Source of the DNA: Euprymna scolopes
Lineage: Eukaryota
Assembly (NCBI GenBank): GCA_053919585.1
Contig: CM132798.1
Length of the DNA: 64,000 bases
Reading direction: 5' to 3' (one strand)
Shown here: piece after piece, positions 13,928-26,259 of the stretch
Numbering within the stretch: position 1 is the stretch's first letter
How the letters are laid out: each line of letters opens with the position of its first letter
Notes under the pieces: model-generated
The model's input: the letters and a program-made list of their open reading frames with translations, nothing else
Database searches by the model: none
What the model was told of the DNA's origin: nothing
Made by a program: the position numbers and the translations under genes

Positions 13928-15330
13928 TCAAATTATTGTACTCTCTCTCCGTTGAGGGTCCTGGCTTATATCCTGTGAATTCAATGGTTCCATGCCTATT
14001 TGGTCAGGTTCTCCAGGCTGTTGAGAGATTTCCAGAGGAAAGAGATGCTTGATAGAGTATGTGTCTATAGCTACATTCCATTTCCTCATCTTCACCATGC
14101 GCACCAATTCATCACTTCCTTGGATTAGCTGTAGAACTTCACCTATGAACCAAAAAGATCTTGTCTTCAGAGGGCTTTTTATGAGCACTATATCTCCTGG
14201 TTTTACTTTATCTTCAAAAGAACAATCAGCCATGATCATTGCTCTTTCTCTGAGACTCAACAAATACTCCTCATTCCAAACTTTCCTAAATTTAGTCAGG
14301 GCTTCTTCCCGAGAACGCAGGGTTTGAATCAAGTCATGTCGATTAATAGGATCGATCGTTTCCAGATCCTGGTTTTCCAACCGCATTTTTATTCCCTGAC
14401 CAACATTCGCATTCATGAGAGAGTTAGGGGGTAAGATATTCAGATCAGCATCCGCAGAGCTCCTATATGTCAGGGAGCGGCTATTTACTGTCCTTTGTAC
14501 ATCAGATAAAATTGTTAGTAGACCAAAATAGTCTACTTAACCTCTTCCTATTGCTTTATATAAGCAAGATTTTATGGTCTTGATAGACCTCTCCCAACTA
14601 CCACCGGACCAAGGTGAAAACAGTGGAATTATGCAATGTTTTAAGTCATATGGGCTAAATATTTCCTTGAATTCGTCCGCTATCATGCCCCGGTTAATGA
14701 TTCTGGCAGCAGCGTTAAATGTGCGAGCATTATCCGAATAAAGGTGTGTAGTGATTCCATTCACGTTTGTGAACCTAATGAATGCTTGAGTAAATGATTT
14801 CACAGTCATATCCGGAACCAGTTCCAAATGTATAGCCCTAATACTCATACATGTAAATAGAAGAATATACATTTTATAGTATTTTTCTTGTCCTTTAACA
14901 TATATATGGCTGGTAAAATCCACACCGCTATGTAGATAGCGCCTGACAAAATTCACCTGAGGGGCTGGTAAGTTGGTCGAATTTGGCATTGAAAAGGAAA
15001 CGGCATTATACCGTTTATATTTCACACAACTACTAACCACATTTTAACAACCTGTCTGGCTTGTGCTGTCCAGTAACCTGCCAATGGTATTTCATTCAAG
15101 TTTGTGGTCAAGCCTAAGTGTTGGCTTCTTTGGTGATATTCTTGAATAATCAATCGTGTTAGATAATGCTCTTTTCCGAATAAAATAGGATTTTGGACCT
15201 AATATGAGGGATATTCCGATTTTCCTATTCTTCCCATCGATCCTATAATGCTCTTGTGGTCCAAAAAGAAATTCAAATTATTCACCAGTTTAGGCATGCT
15301 ATTTCCTCCAGGGTCCAAGAAAAATCCTTG
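13928..15330 (-). pseudogene. BEL/Pao integrase and C-terminal domain
   Basis: GVDFTSHI, LFTCMSIRAIHLELVPDMT, YSDNARTF, SPWSGGSWERSIKTIK; FRKVWNEEYLLSLRER, PGDIVLIK, GSDELVRMV. Confidence 0.93.
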
Positions 15331-15380
15331 AAAAGGATTGTTTTTGCATTGTCTTGATCAAGTAGGCATTTGTTTGTAAC

Positions 15381-16177
15381 TCAGGATTCATCTCCATCTT
15401 TTTTTAATTTATTGATGAACTTGAATACCAGTGAAGTTACACTGATCAACTTACTTAAACTGGAGAATTTTTCCAATTTGACTTCTGATGTAGCCACTTT
15501 ATTCTCTGTGGCATAATTTACTGAAGCGCCAATCCGTTCCATTTGAACTTTAGAAAGGCAACCCAACTCACGATGGCACCAGGAGGATTCTTCTTGCCTT
15601 ATCCATTTCGGTCCCTCATACCAAAGAGAAAAGTTTTCCTTAAATGTCTTTATAGTCAAACCTCTAGTGATGTAATCGGCTGGATTGTCATCTTTTGAAG
15701 TGTACTGAAAGTGTATCTTTATGTTAAAATATGATTTACCTTTCTCAGACATTTGAGTTATGACCTGCAATCTATTCTGTACAAATACATTTTTCGTTTG
15801 GACGAAGTCAGCCAAAATCCAGGACAGAACTACCTGAGCATCTGTGATTACATATACGCCTTTTATAGGAATACCCTTTAGGGACTCTTTTATAAAATGG
15901 AAGCATTTCATTGCTAAAAATACTGCTAGAAGTTCCAACGTTGGGAGGGATGTTCCCTGCAAAGGAGCCATTTTCGCTTCGGCAAATGCTAGGATGAATT
16001 TTCATCCTGTACATCATATACCGCAAACCCATATGCGGCTTTAGACGCATCACAGAAAAATAATAATTCTGTATCCTTTCCTTCATCTATCACCCACCTG
16101 GGGAACGATACAGAGTCTAACGCTGATAAATCTTTAACCAACGTTCTCCAAACTAAACTCCTACCTTGACGAACCAT
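15381..16177 (-). pseudogene. Pao-type RNase H region
   Basis: FCDASKAAYG, LPTLELLA, TDAQVVLSWI, FVQNR, NPADYITRG, WYEGPKWI. Confidence 0.92.
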
Positions 16178-16198
16178 ATCATCCCAATTCAGTTTTTG

Positions 16199-17487
16199 TC
16201 ACCATATTTCTCTCATCAATAAACGACCTCCCTCTGTCACAGGTAGATACAGAAACAAAGGATCGAATACCTTTGAGGTCTCCAATAATATTTTCCTCTT
16301 CGTTGATGCCTCAAAGTCGCATGATGGTGAGGAGACTCCTATAGAATCTTGTACAGGATCATATTGATACCCCAGCACCTTTTCCCAACCAGAGTCGAAT
16401 CCTGATAGCGTTTCATCAGCCTCCATTTTCTTTTCGAGTGTTATACAGTTGGAATTGCAAGACTGTAGATTAAAATTTCCCTTCTGCAGACGCTCTCTCG
16501 CAGAGATATACAAATCAGATAGATTTTCTGCATTATTCGCAGTTTTCACAAAGTTGTTAACATAAAAACTGGATTTTAGTACCTCCGAACATTCATCCAA
16601 ATGGAATTTCTCTGTATGAAATTTTTGTACCTGTAGCAATGTAATTTTTCACCTTTCTTCAGAAAAAAAGCAAAACCGATTGAGATCCTTTTCCGATGCC
16701 AGACGAATCATCAGAAATACTTTCCTGATGTCAGCCAACAAGACATATCGGTTTGTTCGGAATCGGATCATCAAATTCAAGATGTCGCTCATCAGGTTCA
16801 CTCCAGGATATGTTGCTTCGTTCATTGATACTGAGCCCTTATGTTTATAAGAACAATTAAATATCGATCTCACTTTGGTAGTAGTCTGGTCTGTTAGTTT
16901 TAGCACTGGGCTATGGGGAATCCATATATAGTCTTTAAATTGTTCAGGAAGCACAATTATTTCTTCAATAATACCCTCGTCTTGTTGTTGTTGAAAAACT
17001 TGCAGATACTGATTATACAAGTTTTTGTCTTCTCCAGATCCTTAGTAACCTTTTCTAGCACCCGAATAGCAACATTGTAACTAGAAGGTACCGATTTTAA
17101 TTTATCTTCATACCACTGAAGTTGTACATGATAGAGATGACCTTTGTATGTGATGTCATCTCTAAATTGCTTAACCTTCTCTTCATTCATGGTGTAGAAT
17201 TTCTCATCAATGGGTAATCCAATAGATTCAAGGTTGAACATGTTTTCCAACCCTTGTTGGACACTACTCTCTTCAAACCAATTTTTTAGAGCGACTGGGT
17301 AGGATTCCTCTGGGTAAACCACGTAGTTGATTCTGGAAGATAGAAGTGGTGGAGTTTTCGCCAACACCTCTGCATAATTAATCGGTGTCCTTTTTTGGTT
17401 TTTAATCAGGTGCTTATATAGAAAAAACACCTGTTTCCAAAGTGGATTAGTCCTTTTTTGGTCTCGAATGTTGCTCCATACATGCAA
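16199..17487 (-). pseudogene. BEL/Pao reverse transcriptase
   Basis: WIPHSPVLK, TTKVRSIFNCS, YPGVNL, RFRTN, ADIRKVFLMI, FYVNN (from YVDN), VLGYQYD, TKRKIL. Confidence 0.92.
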
Positions 17488-17853
17488 GGGGCTAACTTTA
17501 AAGGTTCCAGGTACTGGATTACGTCGACACCTAGTAACCCATCTATAGTAACCAAATCCTCCTTTGCATTAAACTTTGCAGTCTGCGATTCTTTAAATTT
17601 CCAAGAATCTGAGTAAGTCCTTCAAGGCTGTAAGACAAGTTCAACTTGGTCGCAAGAATCTGAAGAGTATGTGTTTTGCCGGGCATCAAATTCAATCCCA
17701 ACGAAATTTCCTTAAAGGTTTTAGGACTCGTTTAAAGGTATTTACTCCCATTATTTTATCCTTTGCGAAGGAGAGGCAATTTAGCTTCTTTAGAATTAAA
17801 GAGTCCAAATAAGTTCTTTGACTGCCAATGTCTATTAGGCAGTTTACCTTCAC

Positions 17854-18700
17854 TTATTTATCCTCTCTTTGCACTATTATTTCAATTATGGGAGAACGGA
17901 AACCATTATCGTCTTTTGTATGTAGGCAGGTATCAACCTGCACACTACTCGTAACACTTGAGCACATAGCAGGTATGTGTCCTTTAGAGTTGCAACTATG
18001 CCAACAAATTCTTCTTGATGTCCTTAATGGACACATATTCCCCAATTGAGATCTCTTTAGGCACCGAAAACAAAGACGCAGCTCTCTACACCGGGTTATC
18101 CTGGCTTCATGGGTCGTATAGTTGCCACAGTCCTCAGACAAATGTGTATTGTTTTTGCAAAAGTCGCATCTTACCTCGGATCTTAATTCGGTATTAACAG
18201 TTTTAAGAGACAAGGTTTCGATCGTCTCCTCTGGCTTAATCTTAGGTTGCAGCCTAGGTTTGGACATCAATACCTTGGTCGGTTGTCTGGCAACTAGCAT
18301 TTGTTTCACTATTCTTGGTGTTTCCTTCAATAGTGTGGACAATGTCGGGTAGGTAGTCCCAGAGATTCGTAAGAGTTATCCCTTTACTTCGGGCGGAAAT
18401 TTCGCAAATAACGCTTGTGCTATTATTATTGCTCCAGCTGACTTATCGTCATATAAGTCACAACTATACGAGGACCTTAGCTCCCAATATATCCGCCTGG
18501 GTCTTTATCATAATTTGTTTAAATCCTTCCAGGTTTTTGGGATTATCTAACTGGAAATCTAATATTTCCTTAATTATTTCACCTCTTATCTCCTCCTCGT
18601 CCAAATATTGGTCCTTAAATAGCTTAAGGGCCATAGCGTAACTATCTTCAGAGGGGGAGAGATGATTTATAAGTTGGAGGGCCCTACCTACAGAGACGGT
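17854..18700 (-). pseudogene. BEL/Pao Gag with three Cys/His knuckles
   Basis: CDFCKNNTHLSEDC, CFRCLKRSQLGNMC, CWHSCNSKGHIPAMC; upstream GRALQLINHL..SYAMALKLFKDQY. Confidence 0.85.
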
Positions 18701-19081
18701 TTTTGTGCCTTAACTTATTCGACCAGACCTAGGTATTTTATTTGGACAGTTTTTCGGGTCTTGTCTCCCTCTTTTTCAGGATTAGATATTACTCCAAACC
18801 CTTTTAGATTATCATATTATTCCAGGATATTATGATTGGCACTGTCCAGGTTATTAGATCAGTTTCGCACCCTTTCCCAATAACGTGCAGCTTGTAGCAA
18901 AGACGCATCTTAACGCCTACGATTTTTAGCATGTAGTTATCCTTTCTCGTATGCTCACTATTGCACGTTTAAGAGAACGGCATAAATCTCGACACAAGGA
19001 ACGTCGGTAACCAATTAATCCTCGCGATCACACCTTGAAAGTGGTAGACAAGTTGACTGAACTCGACTATAACACCTTGTC

Positions 19082-19146
<65 letters not shown>
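19082..19146. repeat. (GAT)n trinucleotide microsatellite
   Basis: About 21 perfect tga/gat repeats. Confidence 0.98.
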
Positions 19147-19574
19147 GGCAAAACAATCACTATGATGGTCCGCCTGTCAAAGAAAGTTTAGAATAGAATC
19201 TTTATAACACCAAAATCAAAGACGAGAGTGTGCAAAGTTTTTATGTTGTATGCTCTATTAAAGGGAGTGATTCCTGGACTTTATACTCACACTAAGAAAA
19301 AAGACTGAATGTCCCTCATATGCGAAAACTCGTATGTCTCTTGGGTATAGCCTTTCAAGATCGGGTCACAAACCTAGATATTTTCCCCATACTATAATAT
19401 CAATTATTCTCACTCAGAAAGTTTCGTTGACTTAGTCATGTGGGTAGGATGGAAGAGAGTCCCATCCCTATCTCGTTTCTGGGACATTATAAATGGAATG
19501 ACCAACTCTGTTCTAAATTGATACTTGTAACAAAGTAGGGGAAAAGACGGCCACTTCCCTAGACTAGCTCATAA

Positions 19575-22376
19575 TTAAAGAATACTCTAACTTAACATCT
19601 AAATCTGACCCCCAAGATCGCCATGGTCATGGAATATGTGCCTACATTAAAGATGACTTTCCGTGTGGTAGGGATATCTCCAGTGAAGACCCTAATTTAC
19701 CTTATATGTTCTTCCCGATTGCACTTGCTTACATCACTGACTTTGTATTTGTCATCTATCGCCCCCACAACAGCGGAGTTACTCTCTTTAAGAGCATATC
19801 TGAGAAAATAGACCACATCCTGTCTGTACATCCCTCGGCTAACATTCACATTTGTGGTGACTTCAATAGCAATGACGTGGAATGGCTGATCCACTCGAAT
19901 AAGACTGATGACGAGGGGGAGGTTCTGTCATGACTTAGCCATGACTATGACCTCACTCAGATTGTTCACGAACCCACCCCATGTGCCCGATACTTCCGGT
20001 CAGCACGCTAGCCTTCTTGATCTTTTTTCATGCAACTTCCCCTGAGCTATGTTCATGTTCCGTTCTATCTCATCTTGGATCTTCCGACCACTCTGTTGTA
20101 GCAGTTAAGATAAAAATGAAATGTAATAAGTCTTCAGACGTACCTCTCCTCCGTACTGTATATCGATACTCTATCTCTGATTAGGATAGCTTCCGTACGT
20201 TCATATCTGACCCACGTCTGCGCTCCATATTTAAAAAGGATGTGTCCTCTATAGTATCATATCTGACCGAATTGTTAATTGTAGGCATAGACCGATTCAT
20301 ACCATCCAAAAAATTCCAACAAAAACCTAACAGCCAGCCATGGTTCTCCCCTGAATGTGTTGCTGCCATCGCGCACAAAAATCACTTTTTCCATAGCTAC
20401 CAACGTAATAGATGTACTGAGACTAAAGCTGCTTTCCAGACTACCAGCAACCACTGTAAAAGAGTAAAAAACCATGCAAGAGAGTTATCTGCTCAATCTG
20501 TTAACTCAAAAGTTGCTAAGCAGCGGCTTGGTTCCCACCAGTTTTGGCAATCAGGATCTTGAACAAAAACGTGCGTTTTATCCCAACTATCATCAATGCA
20601 CCTGAGGTCATCTCGTCAGCATCAGACAAGGCCAGACTATTTGCAAAGAACTTTGCAGCTAATTCTACCCTATGCGTAAATGACCATCAACTCCCTGCAT
20701 TTCCTCCTATAACAGACAACACGTTATGAAACATACAAATATCTGTGCGTTAGGTCGTCAAGCTAATCAAGAACCTTGATTCCAGTAAAGCAACTGGCCC
20801 TGATGGCATTCCAGTTATAGTGCTGAAAAAGCTCCAACCAGAACTTGCCCGCATACTTACAAAACTGTTAAAGCGTTGCCTTAAGGAGAAGTGCTTCCCA
20901 ACACCCTGGAAAACATCATCAGTATGCCCTGTATTTAAGAATTCAGGTGAAAAGTCATCTCCCTCTCTGTACAGACCAATAAGTCTCATGTGTGTCATGA
21001 GTAAGTTGTTGGAATCCATATTAAATTAAGAAGTACTCAACCACCTCAACAGAAACAACCTTCTTAGTGGCATGCAATATGGTTTCCGCTCTGCAAGATC
21101 TACAGCAGATGTACTAAAGGTTATATCACATAGGATTAGTGAATCTCTTGACAAAGGTTGCCTTTCCAGGGCAATTACTCTTGACATATCAAAGGCCTTC
21201 CATGAGGTATGGCATAAGGGCCTACTTCACAAGATTTCCAGCTACGGTACTACTGGAAATGTTCTTAATCATTAAATCATTTCTCTCCGATAGGTTCATA
21301 AGAGTAGTGGTTGATGGGCAGAAATCAGAGGCCCACAGTATTAATGCTGGAGTCCCCCAGGGGTCCATCCTGAACCCAACTCTCTTCCTGATCTACATAA
21401 ATGATCTCCCAAAACACATACTTTAATATTTCTTTAACATCTATGCTAATGACATGACCATCTATGGCAACACATCAAAGGCCGTAAATGACAAAGTTCT
21501 CTCTAATTCTCCCTCCTCTGATCTTGAGTGCGTGGTTCAGTGGGGGAAGACGTGGCTGGTCACTTTTAATGCATCCAAAACCAAGCTTCTATCTTTACAT
21601 CATAAAAGCTCTGATCCTCATCTGGCATCAATTGAAATGGATGGCGCTCGTCTTGGGGAGGCTCCATGTTTTGACAAGCTTCTGGGCTTGACCTTTACTC
21701 CTGATCTGAAATGGAACACGTACATGAAATCTGTCGCCAGGGACGCTGGAAAGATGGTGGGCTCCTTCTACCGCTCCAGAAGATATCTCACTACTGATGC
21801 AATTCTCTATCTGTATAAAAGCCAAGTACGTCCAAGGATGGAGTACTGCTTTCACATCTGGGCAGGAGCTGTTAAAACAGCCTATCCTGCCTTAAGAGAG
21901 TACAAAATAGACTTCGTAGCTTAATGGGGGATGCCCTTGTCTCTTCCCTGCAACCTCTCTCCCACAGAAGAGACGTCGCGAGCCTATCTTTGTTTTATCG
22001 TTATTTCCATGGCAGGTGCTCGTCTGAGCTCCAATCTCTGGTCCCCCCTCGCCAATCTTTCACGAGAAACACCTGCCTGGCTGAAACTTCTGTCAATAAT
22101 TTTCCCCACTCTTTATCTGTGCCTTAATCCAAACGTAGATTCCATTAGATGCAAAGCTTCTTTCTTAGAAATGCACGCCAGTGGAACTCTCTGCCGCTTT
22201 CCTCTTTCCCACCTGACTACAACTTGGACGTTTTCAAGTCCAACATAAACAAACTCCTGACAAAGTAAGACACCCTATCAAACACCGAATACTCATTGCT
22301 TACTGTACACGCAATAACCCTTATCCCCGAGTGACCTTCGGACCTTGATAAGTGGTGACCCCCATGTAAAAAAAAA
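19575..22376 (+). mobile_element. CR1-group (Zenon-like) LINE family A, 5'-truncated APE-RT ORF pseudogene with 3' UTR and A-tail
   Basis: ICGDFN, LGSSDH, KATGPDGIP, YRPISL, QYGFRSARST, LDISKAF, GVPQGS, YAND, YKSQVRPRMEYC, SHRRDVASLSLFYRY. Confidence 0.93.
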
Positions 22377-22670
22377 CACTGTCAAAAATGTCCCCACTCT
22401 TTATCTGTGCCAAAACCAAAACATAGATTTTATGAACAAAGCTTCTTTCTTTGAAATGCACACCTGTGGAACTCTCTTCCATTTTCCTGTTTCCCACCTG
22501 ACTACAACGTTGATGTCTTCAAGTTCAACATAAACAAATTCCTGATGAACCGCCCCCTTAAGTAAGACACTTTATCGAATCCCCAATACTAACTAACTGT
22601 ACACGCTGTATAACCCTTAATCGCGAGTAGCTTCCGGGCCTTGATAAGTTATGACTACCTTGTAAAAAAA
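22377..22670 (+). mobile_element. Second, diverged 3' end of LINE family A, in tandem
   Basis: Repeats 22088-22376 (ccccactctttatctgtgcc...ccttgataagt...gtaaaaaaa). Confidence 0.88.
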
Positions 22671-22865
22671 GTCAACGGAAAGAAATCAAAAGGCGCGGAC
22701 AAAAAAAGGAAGTAATCTAACGATACAATGGCACAAATCTTACCGCTTAACTCACCAGCAACAACTGCCAACAAAGCTGCCTATCTAATATTGCATTAAA
22801 GAGCTACACTAGATGTCATAGTACAACAAAGTGTCAATGCAAAAAAAGAAAAGATTGGTTTCCTT

Positions 22866-23559
22866 TTGACCTTTACTCCTGATCTGAAATGGAACACGAA
22901 GAGCAAGTCTGTTGCCAAGGTCGCTGGAAAGATGGTGGGATCCTTCTACCGCTCCAGAAGATATCTCACTACTGATGGAATTCTCTATCTGTATAAAAGC
23001 CAAGTACGTCCAAGGATGGAATACTGCTGCCATATCTGGGCAGGAGCTGCTAATAACAGCCTATCCTGTCTTGATAGAGTACAAAATAGACTTCGTGGCT
23101 TAGTGGGGGATGCCCTTTTCTCTATCCTGTAACCTCTCTCCCACAGAAGAGACGTTGCGAGCCTGTCTTTGTTTTATCGTAATTTCCATGGCAGGTGCTC
23201 GTCTGAACTGCAATCTCTGGTCCACCCTCGCCAATCTTTCACGAAAAACAACCGTCTAGCTGAATCCACTGATAAAAATTGCCTCCACTCTTTTTCTGTG
23301 CCGAAATCAAAACGTGGATTCCATGAACAAAGCTTCTTTCTTAGAACTGCACGCCTGTGGAACTCTGTTCCGTCTGCCTGCTTCCCACCTGACTACAACT
23401 TGGATGGCTTCAGGTCCAACGTTAACAAATTCCTAATGAACCGCCCCTTAATTAAACACTTCATCAAATCTCCACACTAACGTAATGTACTTGCAATAAC
23501 CCTTATCCCTGAGTGGTTTGCGGGCCTTGATAAGTGGTGACCACTGTGTAAAAAAAAAA
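22866..23559 (+). mobile_element. 5'-truncated copy of LINE family A
   Basis: TFTPDLKWN...YKSQVRPRMEYCCHIWAGA...RLWNSVP; same 3' UTR and A-tail. Confidence 0.93.
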
Positions 23560-25839
23560 TCGCAGTTGACCAAACAGTTCGCCTCACTGTCTTTTGGTGC
23601 AACTTTGGCTTCCGGAAGTGTAGTGAACTTCGTCGGCGTCTACCCACTGAGCTGAGCGTCATGAGTGTCGTAAAGCACCCACTTTTAATCGCAAGTCACA
23701 ACCCGGTCGGTAAAGAAACGCCTCGATCTTGTTGCGTTAAATAAGTGAGAGATGATATTTTATACCTGCATTTCCTTTGGTTGTCGTTCAGTTCATGAAA
23801 TACCCATTTAGTAAGTGTTTCTGTAGTTCCAATCATGCACAAGTTGTTGGAAATCGTCGTATATTCATACTAAGGAAACAAGCTCTCGAAGAGTTGGGTG
23901 TAGATTACTAAAGAAAGATACAAAAATCATGCAGTAAACACACTCACATACCCAAAACATGTAGATGTATGCACAAGCATATATATGAATACATAGTGAC
24001 GTATATAGGATATAAATTACAAAAATAGCAAATGGGTATTGTTTAACCGGAAATAGTTAAAATGTTGCTTCCTGTGTAGTTTCTATAATAAAGTGGTATT
24101 CTAGTAATATCGAAGGAATATAAATTAAATGTAAGGAACAGCATTTATCCTGCCTCTAATCATTCGAAGAAGAATTTTCATGTAGCTTACAAAATGTTAT
24201 TTACTTTTTGTTTTGTAAGTAAAAAGAAATAAAACAAAAAAAACATAATATTTAAATATATATATTTGTAAAGATATATAAAATACATGTATGTGGCCGA
24301 AACCTCTTTTCCCAAATTTTACGATATTATTGGCGAAAATATGCATGAATAGAATTTAGAAGAATCATTAAGTAATTCTATCGTTCAATAATACGAAACA
24401 AAAATTAAATAATAAGTTAATGATGTTTAATTTTTCAAACTTATATGAAAATTCATTGATATTTATGAAATTTTTCCTATATCTGCGACTGAGTATATTA
24501 AGAAGTTTGTTTTAGTAATATTTAAGTTAAAATTTGCCTTTGATGATCAATATCAGCGTCAGAAAAACTTAACTTTGTATGTATGTATCTATAAAACTAT
24601 ACAACTCAGATAAGCATATTTGTTGGCTTGGGCTTTAAATCGAATATCCTCTTTGTAACTTTCGGTTTAAAAAAATCATCTTTTCTTATTTCATGTTACC
24701 CCGGATTTAAGTCAAATATTAAAAGCCGCTGCTGCTATTCGAAGTATACGCACAGGGAACACTATTTTTTTGTTTTAACTTATTTTAAGGTGTTTTTCTT
24801 ACAAATAAATGTAATTTAACCTCGTTCAGTTTTTAAAAAACATGATGTAAATAACAAATATACAATGTATCTATGTTTTTATTTTGAGAATGTTTAATCT
24901 TACACTTTAAACGCCAACGGATGGACTAAATAATAAATAATAACGGAGTAGGGTAGCTAATCGAACTTTTCTCAAAGAGTGAATCGCAAAAAAAAAATAA
25001 ACAAAATAATAAAATGGCGGGGCCCGCTGAAGGATCCAACGGCAAATCGAGACGGTAAATCGAATTGGAAAATGAGGGATCAGTGTACTGGAATGATGTA
25101 TGTGATATTGATCCCCTTTCCAAATGTTTAACAATTGCTTTGTCAATTATTATTATTATTATCTCGTAGCTTAGTATATAATAATCTGCAGAAATGTTTT
25201 TTTAAAAACTCTAAAATGAAAAATTGTTAGAGGTTTGCGATTGTTCATACGCACTTACATATTTTTTTTAAAATATTTTTTACCGAAGTTGTGCGTGATT
25301 AAGACTAGAACTTGAAATTTTTAAAAACACGTTTTTGGCTCAAAATTATTAGTCATTTACAATATTTTATTTGTATTTATTATTGCAAGTTGAAATTGTT
25401 TCCAAACGAAAAAATGCAAATATGTGTTTCTAATATAAAAAAAATACTTGTCAATTCATATATTTAGAATTTACTATTGGGTTATTACAGCACAACTCAG
25501 CATAGTGCAACCCCCATAAAAAGAAATCCAAATATATGTTTTGGTTAATACGGTTCAACGGTGTTTAAACAATTAAAATTTATTATTTTAGCATGGGGGT
25601 TTTCTTTACAAATTTAACGTAAAATAAGACCCCCACTTCTTGGCAATGTACCAGGCGCAGAAAGGAGAAATTGTGTGTGGGTTGGGTCAAAATTTGCAAT
25701 CCTTTTAAAAATACGTAGAAACACTTAAAAACGTGTGTTTGTGGGGGTTCAGTATTTAAAACTTTGCATTGAAAAGATCCCACCGTTAATAATTACTTAA
25801 TCAGTTAATTATTATTTCCTGATATTTAAAGGCTGTTAC

Positions 25840-26259
25840 ACACACACACACACACACACCCACACACACACACGCTACCTGTACATCTTGTATTTGTTTT
25901 TTCGTTTTTTTCCTCATTTTTTTTCAACGCATCACACCCTTTTATATAAAATAGTTTCTATTTAATCTAATAGCAGTAATGTTAAGACATTTATTATTCA
26001 GTATATTCCGTATTGTTTTGCTGGTCGCCCCGTCTGTTTCCGTGCGCGTGTTCATTGAATTTTATCGCGTACCCGAAATTTCGTATCGTTTTCACTGGTC
26101 GTCACTTTTGTTTTCGCGTGGGGGCGAGTTAAACTTGTGAGCGTTTATACATTAATTCTGTATACTAATTTGCACTTTTATACATTAACTCTGTGTGCAC
26201 TCACTGTTCTATAGTTAGTTATTAAATATGTGGACAACAACGGGCCACGGATAGTCTAG
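25840..26259 (+). mobile_element. Non-autonomous Helitron-like 3' end
   Basis: ggacaacaacgggccacgg...tCTAG|T terminus; left boundary uncertain. Confidence 0.3.

Larger units (their letters stand above)
13326..18980 (-). mobile_element. BEL/Pao LTR retrotransposon, decayed by stops and frameshifts; 5' LTR not identified
   Basis: Domain order gag-(PR)-RT-RNase H-IN across ORF fragments 18342 to 13928. Confidence 0.95.

Noticed and set aside
19175-19416. 5' LTR of the BEL/Pao element
   Set aside because: Only patchy similarity to 13326-13698 and no clear adjacent PBS or TSD.
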